A stretch of 64,000 bases of DNA from Polyangiaceae bacterium (GTDB lineage Bacteria > Myxococcota_A > Polyangia > Polyangiales > Polyangiaceae). Shown here one piece after another: positions 9,268-18,519 of this stretch. The notes below the pieces were generated by a model, which saw only the letters and a list, made by a program, of their open reading frames with translations, made no database searches and had not been told where the DNA came from. Location of the stretch: contig JANRKO010000082.1 in the NCBI GenBank assembly GCA_033763455.1, forward strand, positions 1-64,000, given 5' to 3'. A program made the translations under genes and the position numbers. Position 1 is the stretch's first letter. Every line of letters starts with the position of its first letter.

Positions 9268-11028
9268 ATGAGCTCGGGTCAAGGTTCGGAAGCCGCAACG
9301 ACGCGCGAGCGGGTGCCCGCGCACCTCCGAAAGTACGTCGTTGAGCAGAACCTCGCCGAATACAATGAATTGGATCAGGCGGTGTGGCGCTTCGTGTTGC
9401 TTCAGCTGCACTACCGATTGAAGGACACGGCGCATCCCGCGTACGTGCAGGGGCTTGCGGCGGCTGGAATTGCCATTGATAGGATTCCCAGCATTACGGC
9501 CATGGATAATCTGTTAAACCGTTCGGGATGGGGTGCTGTATGCGTAGATGGGTTCATTCCGCCGCTTGCGTTTCAGGAGTTTCAAGCGTTAGGCATTTTG
9601 CCGATTTCAGCCAACATTCGTACCCTCGATCATTTGGTGTACACCCCCGCGCCCGACATTATTCACGAGGCTGCGGGGCACGCCCCTATTCTTTCGGATA
9701 AAACCTATGCCGATTACCTGCGAGCGATCGGGCAGGCTGGGGCCTATGCTTTTTCCTCGCGTGAAGACGCTCGCGTGTATCAGGCCATCTTTACTCTGAG
9801 CGAGGTGAAGGAAAATCCCAGTGCCACTTCGGCTCAGATCCAAGCTGCCGAGGCCGCATTAAGCCGGGCTCAGTCGGAAGTTACGTGGGTAAGCGAAGCC
9901 ACGCGGCTATCGCGTCTTTACTGGTGGACAGCGGAGTACGGGTTGGTGGGCGCGCCGAATGACTATCGGCTTTACGGGGCGGGGTTGCTTTCATCGCTCT
10001 CGGAGAGCCATTTCTGCCACGCGCAGGAAGTTGAGAAAGTGCCACTTTCCGTGGCGTGCCTCGACGTTCCCTATGACATCACACGCCCCCAACCGCAGCT
10101 GTTTGTGGCCGAAGATTTTGACCACCTGACCTCGGTGTTGCGCGAAGCTGAGGAGTCGTTGGCGTACACCGTGGGCGGGCGCCACGCGTTGCAGATGGCA
10201 AGAGCATCCTCAGAACTTGCTACTTTGGAATTTGAGAACGGTGTTGGATTAACGGCAACCGTTGTGGACTTTGACACGAGTGAAGAAATGCGCTGGGTGG
10301 CGGTTGCGGGGCCGGGGGCCTGGCTGGTCGACGGAGGCCTGAGGGCGCGTTTTGGTGGAGCGGAAAAGCGAGTGCTACCCGTGGGTTGGCCAGAGCGGAT
10401 ACCGGAAGGGATAGGTGAACGAGAGTTGGTGTCCACGGTGTGCAACAATATTCGCACCGTGGATCTTCGTTGGTCGGGAGGGATCCGCTGCATGGGTAAG
10501 CTCGAACGCTGCTGGCTCGATACGCACGGTTCAGTGGTTGGTGTAACACTTTCGGACTATCAGCTTGAGGTTGCCGAGTACGGGCAGTGCGGTGCACGCT
10601 TGGACTTGGGCCTCTTGTCTCGTTTTCGAACGGCGCGTCGAGGTGCTCTCTCTGCACACTACTATGAGGCATCGGAGTATTCGCACAACCGCATCCCACG
10701 GCCACGTACTTTGCCTGAAGCGCAGCAAACGCTCCTTAAGCTCTACGAACAAGCCATCCACGTCTTTCGGACAGAGCTCGGCGGTATTGCCGTCGGCAAC
10801 TTCGCGAACATCTATCAACGCTTGGAGCGTGATTTCCCCAACGAATGGCTTTTGCGCTGGAATCTCTTGGAATGCCTGTCGAAGCTGCAGTTTGAGGGCA
10901 AGCTAAAGGAAGACTTGCTGGCGGATCTCGCGGATCTTGAGGTTCGGTTTCAGCACCAGCAGCCGGTCGCCTCCGGTTTGCGCTATCTCGCGCGAGAAGT
11001 AGGCTCGCGTGCTCCTCGCCGGGATTGA
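9268..11028 (+). CDS. phhA: Aromatic amino acid hydroxylase, long form (phenylalanine 4-monooxygenase-like)
   Basis: YTPAPDIIHEAAGHAP iron ligands, LYWWTAEYGL, YGAGLLSS, YDITRPQPQLFV; long C-terminal extension. Confidence 0.85.
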   Translation: MSSGQGSEAATTRERVPAHLRKYVVEQNLAEYNELDQAVWRFVLLQLHYRLKDTAHPAYVQGLAAAGIAIDRIPSITAMDNLLNRSGWGAVCVDGFIPPLAFQEFQALGILPISANIRTLDHLVYTPAPDIIHEAAGHAPILSDKTYADYLRAIGQAGAYAFSSREDARVYQAIFTLSEVKENPSATSAQIQAAEAALSRAQSEVTWVSEATRLSRLYWWTAEYGLVGAPNDYRLYGAGLLSSLSESHFCHAQEVEKVPLSVACLDVPYDITRPQPQLFVAEDFDHLTSVLREAEESLAYTVGGRHALQMARASSELATLEFENGVGLTATVVDFDTSEEMRWVAVAGPGAWLVDGGLRARFGGAEKRVLPVGWPERIPEGIGERELVSTVCNNIRTVDLRWSGGIRCMGKLERCWLDTHGSVVGVTLSDYQLEVAEYGQCGARLDLGLLSRFRTARRGALSAHYYEASEYSHNRIPRPRTLPEAQQTLLKLYEQAIHVFRTELGGIAVGNFANIYQRLERDFPNEWLLRWNLLECLSKLQFEGKLKEDLLADLADLEVRFQHQQPVASGLRYLAREVGSRAPRRD

Positions 11029-11059
11029 CAGCTCGGCCGAGCCGTGGTCGCTTCGCCGC

Positions 11060-12145
11060 ATGACCCGACCCGTTTATGCAGTGATTTTGGCTGGTGGAAG
11101 TGGCACTCGCTTCTGGCCCGCTTCGCGGCGGCTGCGCCCCAAACAGCTGCTGGCTATCGATCCGAGCACGGAAAGCACGCTCATTGCGGCAACGGTGGAG
11201 CGGCTCTCTCACTTCTGCACGCCGGAGCGAATCATCATCGCCACCGGGGAGGCGTTATTGCCAGCCACACGTGAAATCCTGCACCATCTCCCCGAATCTT
11301 CCTTCCTCGGGGAACCCCAAGCTCGCAACACTGCTGCCTGCATTGGTTGGGCAACGAGCGTGATTCGAAAGCGAGATCCGGAAGCGCTCATCATGGTGGT
11401 GCCGAGCGATCAGGCGATTGCAGGCAACGATCGCTACCGCATTGCTATTGAGCGGGCATTAGCCTCAGCAATGGAAGGCGTGGTTACTACCATCGGCATT
11501 CGTCCAACACGCGGAGAAACGGGCTACGGGTACATTGAGCTTGGAGCCGCCTTGGGTGAAGACACCTTTGTGGTCTCGGAGTTCAAGGAGAAACCTGACC
11601 AAGCTACCGCAGATAAGTACGCGCAAAGCGGCAAACATTTGTGGAACGCCGGGATGTTCTTCTTCTTGGCCTCTACGATGCAGCAGGCGATTGAAGCGCA
11701 CCTGCCCGCTCTGGCTGAGGGACTAAAGCGAATCGAAGCGGCTGAGCCAGATTTCGAGCACCATGTGACCCGAGAAATATTTCCAAGTTTGCCGTCGGTG
11801 AGCATCGATCACGGGGTGATTGAGAAGCTCTCACCCCTGCACGTCGTAGCGGGTGACTTCGAGTGGAGTGATCTTGGGAGCTGGCATACTGCCTGGGAGC
11901 TGGCAGAGAAGGATGGGGCTGGAAATGCCGCACGGGGAGACACCCTCTTCGTTGAAGCGGAAGGCAACCTGGTGTTCGATTTGAGATCGGCGCCTGGTGA
12001 CACACTCACGGCTGTCTTGGGAGTTGGGGGCCTATGTGTTGTCCAGACCGATGACGCTCTCTTAATCATGAAGAGGGAGCGCGCACAGGATGTCAGAAAG
12101 ATCGTGGACGAGCTCAAAAGTCGGGGCCACCACCACCGTGTTTGA
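11060..12145 (+). CDS. manC: Mannose-1-phosphate guanylyltransferase
   Basis: ILAGGSGTRFWPASR, EPQARNTA, TGYGYI, FKEKP, WNAGMF, WSDLGSW; no C-terminal cupin PMI domain. Confidence 0.9.
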   Translation: MTRPVYAVILAGGSGTRFWPASRRLRPKQLLAIDPSTESTLIAATVERLSHFCTPERIIIATGEALLPATREILHHLPESSFLGEPQARNTAACIGWATSVIRKRDPEALIMVVPSDQAIAGNDRYRIAIERALASAMEGVVTTIGIRPTRGETGYGYIELGAALGEDTFVVSEFKEKPDQATADKYAQSGKHLWNAGMFFFLASTMQQAIEAHLPALAEGLKRIEAAEPDFEHHVTREIFPSLPSVSIDHGVIEKLSPLHVVAGDFEWSDLGSWHTAWELAEKDGAGNAARGDTLFVEAEGNLVFDLRSAPGDTLTAVLGVGGLCVVQTDDALLIMKRERAQDVRKIVDELKSRGHHHRV

Positions 12146-12235
12146 GCCTAAAATGCCCGATTGAGTGCGCCTTTTGCTCGGCTCCTTGAGATCGGGTTAA
12201 CCTGGTTCCCAGGCGCACCAAAGCCGAACCGAACC

Positions 12236-13639
12236 ATGACCGAGCCTGCACCCGACCAAATTGTAGCTGAGAAGTACCGATTGACTCGGGTGCTGGGGCG
12301 CGGCGGCATGGGCTCGGTGTGGGAGGGATTGCACACCACGCTCGGCATACGCGTGGCGGTGAAGTTCATTGACAAGCAGTACGCGGACAGTGAGGAGGCT
12401 CGCACTCGCTTTGAGAATGAAGCTCGAGCTGCCGCCAAGCTCACCAGCAAGCACGTCGTGCGCGTCTACGACCACGGCGTTACCGACGACGGCAGTGCCT
12501 ATATTGTGATGGAATTTCTGGAGGGAGAGCCTTTAGACAAACGTCTGGATCGCCTCGGGCGCCTTTCGGCTGCTGACACTGCCACCATCTTGGCGCAGGT
12601 CTGCCGAGGGCTGGCAAATGCCCACCAAGCGGGCATCGTGCATCGGGATTTGAAGCCCGAGAATATCTTCTTGGTTTGGGATCCTGAAGATCAAGCGGAC
12701 GTCGCCAAGGTGGTTGATTTCGGTATTGCGAAATTCGAGGAGTCTTCGGGCGTGTCGTCGTCGACGCGCACCGGCCTGGTGCTTGGCACCCCTTATTACA
12801 TGAGCCCAGAGCAGGCTCGTGGTTTCAAGAACCTCGATCTGCGCTCGGATCTTTGGTCCATAGGCGTGATTGCATATCGATGCATCGTGGGTGCTTTGCC
12901 ATTTAACGGCGAAGCCATGGGGGATCTGTTGGTTAAGATCTGTGTGGATCCACTGCCCGTGCCGTCGAAGATGGCTGCGAATGTACCCCCCGCTTTTGAC
13001 GCTTGGTTCGTCCGGGCTTTAGCGCGGGAGCCCGAGGGCCGTTTCGAAAACGCAGCTCAGCTAGCCGAAGGCTTGCTGGTTGCTTGCGGTGTGGCCTCCC
13101 CTGCGCAGGTTTACCGGTCACAGCTTTCAAGCGGGGCGGTTTCGCCGGCTGTATCCACTCCAGACGCCGCCTTTGCAACACCCGGCCCCTTTGGCGACGG
13201 CGTGGCGCAAGATCCCCGTGCGAGCACGGGGGCGCCGTTGACGCAAACGGCACGCGGTTCGTTGCGTCCACGAGGGCTCACCAAGGGAGCGCTTTTCGCG
13301 GCTGTGATCGGTGGCGCTATCCTCACCATCGCTATTTTCGCCCTTGCGAAGCTGTTCGGTCCCCCGCAGGGAAATGAATCGCCGGGAATGGCTCAGCATA
13401 GCCCGACTCCAGAGCTGCCGGCGTCGACGCCCTCCTCCGCGCCGAGCGTGGAGCCGACGTCGGACCTGATACCTTCCGCAAGTGCCGAACCCAAGGTGGC
13501 GCCCGCGGCACCTGATGCAACAGAATCCTCAGCCCCAGCCCGCAAGGTGCCGGCGCGCACGGCTCCTCGCCGCGAAAAGAAGCCGGCTGGAACGTCGTCA
13601 CCGCGTCCAAAATCACCCGAAGATTTGCTGGGGTATTGA
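12236..13639 (+). CDS. Membrane Ser/Thr protein kinase (Hanks type)
   Basis: LGRGGMG, VAVK, HRDLKPEN, DFG, GTPYYMSPEQ; TM helix followed by a Pro/Ser/Ala-rich tail. Confidence 0.95.
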   Translation: MTEPAPDQIVAEKYRLTRVLGRGGMGSVWEGLHTTLGIRVAVKFIDKQYADSEEARTRFENEARAAAKLTSKHVVRVYDHGVTDDGSAYIVMEFLEGEPLDKRLDRLGRLSAADTATILAQVCRGLANAHQAGIVHRDLKPENIFLVWDPEDQADVAKVVDFGIAKFEESSGVSSSTRTGLVLGTPYYMSPEQARGFKNLDLRSDLWSIGVIAYRCIVGALPFNGEAMGDLLVKICVDPLPVPSKMAANVPPAFDAWFVRALAREPEGRFENAAQLAEGLLVACGVASPAQVYRSQLSSGAVSPAVSTPDAAFATPGPFGDGVAQDPRASTGAPLTQTARGSLRPRGLTKGALFAAVIGGAILTIAIFALAKLFGPPQGNESPGMAQHSPTPELPASTPSSAPSVEPTSDLIPSASAEPKVAPAAPDATESSAPARKVPARTAPRREKKPAGTSSPRPKSPEDLLGY

Positions 13640-13826
13640 GCTCGTTGGAATTCATGTGCCGAAGGTAGCGCGGGGGAGCGGGTCCCGCCCCGGCATAACC
13701 AATGACCTTGCGCGCCTACAGTTTCACGGCACTCGACCCGGCACAGAACAGCACGTTTCAGTCAATCGACGCACCCAAGCGCCTTGGCATTGATCGGGCT
13801 CTCGGCGCCGTGCCATCTTCCCGCTC

Positions 13827-16229
13827 ATGCACGAACGCCCAGCCGAGTTCGCACCATCTGCGCGCCTTTTGTATCCAGCACCCACCCGTTTTTCCGCACA
13901 TTGGATCGCCCCCGAAGGCGCTCTTCACGAGTACGGTGTCTACCTTTTCCGCTGCGTCTTTGCGCTTGAGCAAGTGCCGACACAATTCGTCGTTCGTGTG
14001 AGCGCGGACAACCGCTACCAACTGTACGTGAATGGGGTACGCGTGGCGCGCGGGCCATCGCGCGGTAGCATCGAACATTGGCATTACGAAACGTTGGACA
14101 TTTCTGCGTATCTGAAGCCCGGAGCCAATGCCTTAGCTGCTATGGTCTGGAACCATGGAGAGTCGGCGCCGCTCGCGCAGATTAGCCTAAGAACAGCATT
14201 CTTGGTTGACGGGGAAACTCCGCTAGAGCAAGCATTGGTGAATACAGGCAAAGCGCGCTGGCTGTGTGTGCGCGACTCCGCGTATTCGCCGGTGGAGGTG
14301 CCCTCGCTTCTCACCCGGAAGTTCTTTGCCGTAGGCAAGGGGGAGCGGATCGATGCGAGCTTGCATCCGTGGGGCTGGCAGGATCCGACATACGACGACG
14401 CTGCCTGGGCTGATGCGGTGAAGGTGGTGCCCGCTGGGGGTCACAATGATGCGATCTCGGACAACGCGTGGATGCTTGAGCCACGAAACATTCCTCTCAT
14501 GGAAGAGAAGTTTGAACGCATCCTCCGGTTGCGAGAAGCTCGGGGTATTGATGTCCCGGGCGGGTTTCCAGCGAATAAGTGCGCTTTGGTGGTCCCGCCC
14601 AACACACGGGTGGAGCTCTTGCTGGATCAATCCTATCTCACCACGGCCTACCTCGGCCTGGTGGTTTCGGGCGGGCGAGGGGCTTCGGTGCGTGTTGAAT
14701 ACGCAGAGAATTTCTGGTGCGAACCAGAGCTGAAGACGAAGGGTTCACGCGACGAAATCGAAGGTAAGCATTGGGTAGGGTTGAGTGACGAGTTTGTCCC
14801 CGATGGGGGCAAAGAGCGAATGTTCGAGCCGGTCTGGTGGCGCACCTACCGGTTCGTGAAGTTGAAGATTGAGACCCAAAGTGAATCGCTCACACTGGAA
14901 GATATCTACGGGCTTGCCACCAGTTATCCATTTGAACGGCGCGCACAGTTCTTGGCCGCCCCAAAGGAATTCGCCCAGATCCTCGACGTCGGCTGGCGAA
15001 CCGCGCGGCTCTGCGCTCACGAAACCTACGTTGATTGTCCGTACTATGAACAGCTGCAATATGCTGGTGATACGCGCATTCAAGCCATGGTTTCGCTGTA
15101 TATGGCGGGGGACGATCGGCTCATGCGCAATGCGATTTCGCAGTTCGACGATTCACGTTCCGGCGCCGGCCTTACGGCGAGCCGTTTCCCATCGTCGGTG
15201 CGCCAGTATATCCCGCAGTTTTCGTTGCTCTGGATTGGTATGGTGCGCGATCATCTCTACTATCAAGATGATGCCGAATACGTGCGGGGGCTGCTGTTGG
15301 GAATTCGACAGGTGCTCGCCTGTTTTGAGCGTTACCTTACGCCCGACCGTTCTGTGGGTCAGGTGCCCTATTGGGCCTATTTTGACTGGGTAAACCAATG
15401 GAGCGGGGGAGTGCCTCCGGGCTGGAATCGTCGTCCCAACTGGAGCTCTAAGCCAGGCGACGGCGTTCCCCTGAGTGATCCCCGAGGTGCATCGTCGCTC
15501 TTCGACTGGACGCTCGCACTCGGCTGCGAGTGGGCATCTGATATCGAGCGCGCAGTAGGTAGCGTCGAACACGCCGCCCGCAATATGGCATTGGCCAAAG
15601 AGATCCGGTCGGCGGCAAAGAAGCGCTATTGGGATGAAGCCCGGCAGCTTTTCGCGGACACGGCCGGCAAGGAAACATTTTCCCAGCATGCAAATACGCT
15701 GGCCGTCCTCAACGGCATCGTAACCGGGGCAGATGCGCGCGCCTTGATGGAGCGGGTGTTGAGCGACGCTTCATTGGCTCAGGCCTCTATTCACTGGCTT
15801 TATTACGTGCACCTGGCACTTCGCGAAGCGGGCCTTGCTGACAGGTATGCCGAACGCCTTGATCTGTGGCGGCGAATGTTGGCTCGCGGGCTTACCACCT
15901 GGGAAGAAGTGGAAGAGCCCTCACGCTCGGAGTGCCACGCTTGGGGGTCCAGCCCCAATGTGGAGCTGTTTCGCATCCTGCTCGGGATCGATTCGGCTGC
16001 GCCAGGTTGGAAGCGAGTACGCATAGCGCCAGCCCTTGGCAATCTAGGGCGCGCGAGTGGTCGGGTGCCGCACCCGCGTGGCGAAGTCGGCGTGAAGCTG
16101 GTGGTAGAAGGGAACTCCCTTTTGGCGGAGGTCGATTTGCCGCCCGGGGTCGACGGCGAGCTTGTGTGGGGTGGTGTTACGCGGCCGCTTACTTCCGGCC
16201 TGAGCGAGCACCGGATCGAGCCTATTTAG
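13827..16229 (+). CDS. Alpha-L-rhamnosidase (GH78)
   Basis: VSADNRYQLYVNG, DCPYYEQLQYAGD, GLTTWE, RSECHAWGSSP, VPHPRG. Confidence 0.9.
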   Translation: MHERPAEFAPSARLLYPAPTRFSAHWIAPEGALHEYGVYLFRCVFALEQVPTQFVVRVSADNRYQLYVNGVRVARGPSRGSIEHWHYETLDISAYLKPGANALAAMVWNHGESAPLAQISLRTAFLVDGETPLEQALVNTGKARWLCVRDSAYSPVEVPSLLTRKFFAVGKGERIDASLHPWGWQDPTYDDAAWADAVKVVPAGGHNDAISDNAWMLEPRNIPLMEEKFERILRLREARGIDVPGGFPANKCALVVPPNTRVELLLDQSYLTTAYLGLVVSGGRGASVRVEYAENFWCEPELKTKGSRDEIEGKHWVGLSDEFVPDGGKERMFEPVWWRTYRFVKLKIETQSESLTLEDIYGLATSYPFERRAQFLAAPKEFAQILDVGWRTARLCAHETYVDCPYYEQLQYAGDTRIQAMVSLYMAGDDRLMRNAISQFDDSRSGAGLTASRFPSSVRQYIPQFSLLWIGMVRDHLYYQDDAEYVRGLLLGIRQVLACFERYLTPDRSVGQVPYWAYFDWVNQWSGGVPPGWNRRPNWSSKPGDGVPLSDPRGASSLFDWTLALGCEWASDIERAVGSVEHAARNMALAKEIRSAAKKRYWDEARQLFADTAGKETFSQHANTLAVLNGIVTGADARALMERVLSDASLAQASIHWLYYVHLALREAGLADRYAERLDLWRRMLARGLTTWEEVEEPSRSECHAWGSSPNVELFRILLGIDSAAPGWKRVRIAPALGNLGRASGRVPHPRGEVGVKLVVEGNSLLAEVDLPPGVDGELVWGGVTRPLTSGLSEHRIEPI

Positions 16230-16265
16230 CCTTGTATTCGTGGCTCACGCTTAATCGGCTGCCAA

Positions 16266-18365
16266 CTACCGAGGCGCGTCTATGCGGCAACTGGGGGTGC
16301 AGCCGTCGGCGCTGTTGCTATTGGCGTCGTCACACTGCTCAAATTCCGGTTGAATGATCTTGTCGCCGCAGCGGGGGGCTAAGCTGCAGGTGGCCGTGCA
16401 TGTGCCGTAGCTGCCGTCGTTGACACCGTTGTCGCAGGCTTCACCAAAAAGGCTATCCACCACGCCATCTCCGCAGTAGCTCGGCTTCTTACAGCCGGGA
16501 GCACAGGCCAGGCTGTCTTTGGTAGCCGCATGCGTGGTGAGGTTGGTGCCGTCGTCGCACGCTTCGCCGCTGGCACTCTGAACGGTTGCGTCGCCACAAT
16601 GCGGAGCGAGCGTGCAACTGGCTGTGCACCCGTTGTAACGACCGTCGTTGGAGGCGCCTTCATCGCAACCCTCGTTGGAGGCGAGCTTGCCGTCGCCGCA
16701 GGTGGACTTACAGACGCTCTTGGCGCTCAAAAAATTCTCAAGTGTGAGCTTGTATTGCGAGGCGGTGGTGTGGCGCTCCGCCTGGAAAACGACAACTTCG
16801 TAAACTCCGCCCACGGTGAGGCCAAGCGCTTGGGCGTCGAAGTAGCCGAAGGTTTCAGCATCGCCCGACGTGCTTGCTCCCAGCGTGATCGAGCGCTCGC
16901 GCTTGCCATGCACGCCCGCGATATCGGCAGCAAGCTTTCGGTTGATGAAGACCCAAACGTCATCGTCGCCGTAGAAGGTGAGCTTTTCGCCGCCTGCGTA
17001 GGTAAACCAATAGCGCACTTCGCTTGTAAAGTGGAAATTGTGGCCACCGGATCGAGCCTGCTCCTTAAGATCATTGGGGGCATTGAAACCAAGGCCATCG
17101 AGCGGGAAAAATGTCGTGTCAAAGAACTCGAAAACCGTTGGGTTGGCAGCGTTCGGATCGAGCGGGTTGAGCGTGATGCTACTGACCACGCTGCGGTTCA
17201 CCAGTGGATCGCTACGGTACCATTGGGCGAAGCTCTGAGCGCTCTCCACACAGTTGCCACTAGAACGCCCGGGAGAGTTCCTCGTTTTGAGTACCGGCTT
17301 GCCCTGCATGTCCAAGACGGGCTCCACGTCTTCTTCGCAGCCGTTATATTTCTGGAAATCCGGGTGTAAGAACGCGCCGTCATTCCCAGGTACATTCGCG
17401 TTGCTCCCGGTGTCCGTGGTGCCGATGAAGTCTCGATACACCGCCGGCAACTGGGGAGGTGTGCGTTCTATCTCGCAGGTGAAGCCCGCCTCGACCTTGC
17501 ACTGATCAGAACAGCCGTCGAAGTTACGGGTGTTCGCGTCGTCGCATTCTTCTTGGCTGAGCTTGATACCGTCGCCGCACACAGCCTGGCAAACGCCGTT
17601 CTGGCAGCGGGGCTCGTTGGTGCAAAGTGGCGAACAGCCATCACCTGTGTCGAAATTTCCGTCATCACACTGTTCGGTGCCTTCTTTCACCCCATCACCA
17701 CAGACAGTGCGCGAGCACACCAGACCCACGCATTTGAATCCTGATTCTAACTCGCAGGCGCTTGAACAACCGTCCCCGTTGGCACCGTTACCGTCGTCGC
17801 AGGTTTCAAATCCGGCCACTACGCCGTCGCCGCATAGGGCCGCAATACAACGCGCGCCCAACATCGGGCATGCCCAGCCACTTTCAAGTTTGCAACTGGC
17901 GTCGCATCCGTCCCCGGCTACCGTGTTCTTGTCGTCACAGGTTTCAGAGCCGGTGATCTTCCCGTCGCCACACGCAACGGTGGAAACGCAGGCTTTGCCT
18001 GGAGTGGGGCAAGCAAAGTCTTTCTCAACGGCTTCACAATTGGCGCTGCAGCCATCAGCCGATGTGATGTTGCCGTCGTCGCACTTTTCGCCTGCATCCA
18101 GTCGTGCGTCCCCACACGCGTGTTCCGGCCCCATGCACGAGCTATCAGCGCACATGCCCCCGGCGCCGCCACTCGAAGCTCCGGCGTTCGGAAAGAACAT
18201 AAAGACCTCTCCCGAACCGCCCACAGCGGCATTGCCTCCCACGTTCGAGGCGCCGCTCACTCCACCCGCTGGAGCCGAGGTATCAGAGGAGTGGCTGCAG
18301 GCGCTGGCGAGCGGAAATGCAGCGGCTAATACAGCTCCGAGTGCCAACCATCGCATCTGACTCAT
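16266..18365 (-). CDS. Lipoprotein with Myxococcus Cys-rich (DUF4215-like) repeats and a fibro-slime/PA14 domain
   Basis: Lipobox ASAC; many CGDG...E.CDDGN...DGC...C repeats; HNFHFTSEVRYWF, GDDDVWVFIN, FQAERHT. Confidence 0.9.
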   Translation of the reverse strand: MSQMRWLALGAVLAAAFPLASACSHSSDTSAPAGGVSGASNVGGNAAVGGSGEVFMFFPNAGASSGGAGGMCADSSCMGPEHACGDARLDAGEKCDDGNITSADGCSANCEAVEKDFACPTPGKACVSTVACGDGKITGSETCDDKNTVAGDGCDASCKLESGWACPMLGARCIAALCGDGVVAGFETCDDGNGANGDGCSSACELESGFKCVGLVCSRTVCGDGVKEGTEQCDDGNFDTGDGCSPLCTNEPRCQNGVCQAVCGDGIKLSQEECDDANTRNFDGCSDQCKVEAGFTCEIERTPPQLPAVYRDFIGTTDTGSNANVPGNDGAFLHPDFQKYNGCEEDVEPVLDMQGKPVLKTRNSPGRSSGNCVESAQSFAQWYRSDPLVNRSVVSSITLNPLDPNAANPTVFEFFDTTFFPLDGLGFNAPNDLKEQARSGGHNFHFTSEVRYWFTYAGGEKLTFYGDDDVWVFINRKLAADIAGVHGKRERSITLGASTSGDAETFGYFDAQALGLTVGGVYEVVVFQAERHTTASQYKLTLENFLSAKSVCKSTCGDGKLASNEGCDEGASNDGRYNGCTASCTLAPHCGDATVQSASGEACDDGTNLTTHAATKDSLACAPGCKKPSYCGDGVVDSLFGEACDNGVNDGSYGTCTATCSLAPRCGDKIIQPEFEQCDDANSNSADGCTPSCRIDAPR

Positions 18366-18519
18366 AACGACTCGTCCTCTCGACAGTTCAAGAAATACTG
18401 CAAACCGACAATATGCCTTGAATTTGTTGAGGCCGCTACCGCATCACACTCCACTCCGGCAAATACATCGGATGAAAACCCACACGCGGGCGTAGGGTAG
18501 GCGCAGGTGTAGTCCGTGA

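Noticed and set aside
16530..18360. Long antisense ORFs (also 33385-34269, 23314-23937, 61142-61795)
   Set aside because: Shadow ORFs typical of high-GC coding DNA, lying opposite well-supported genes and lacking motifs.
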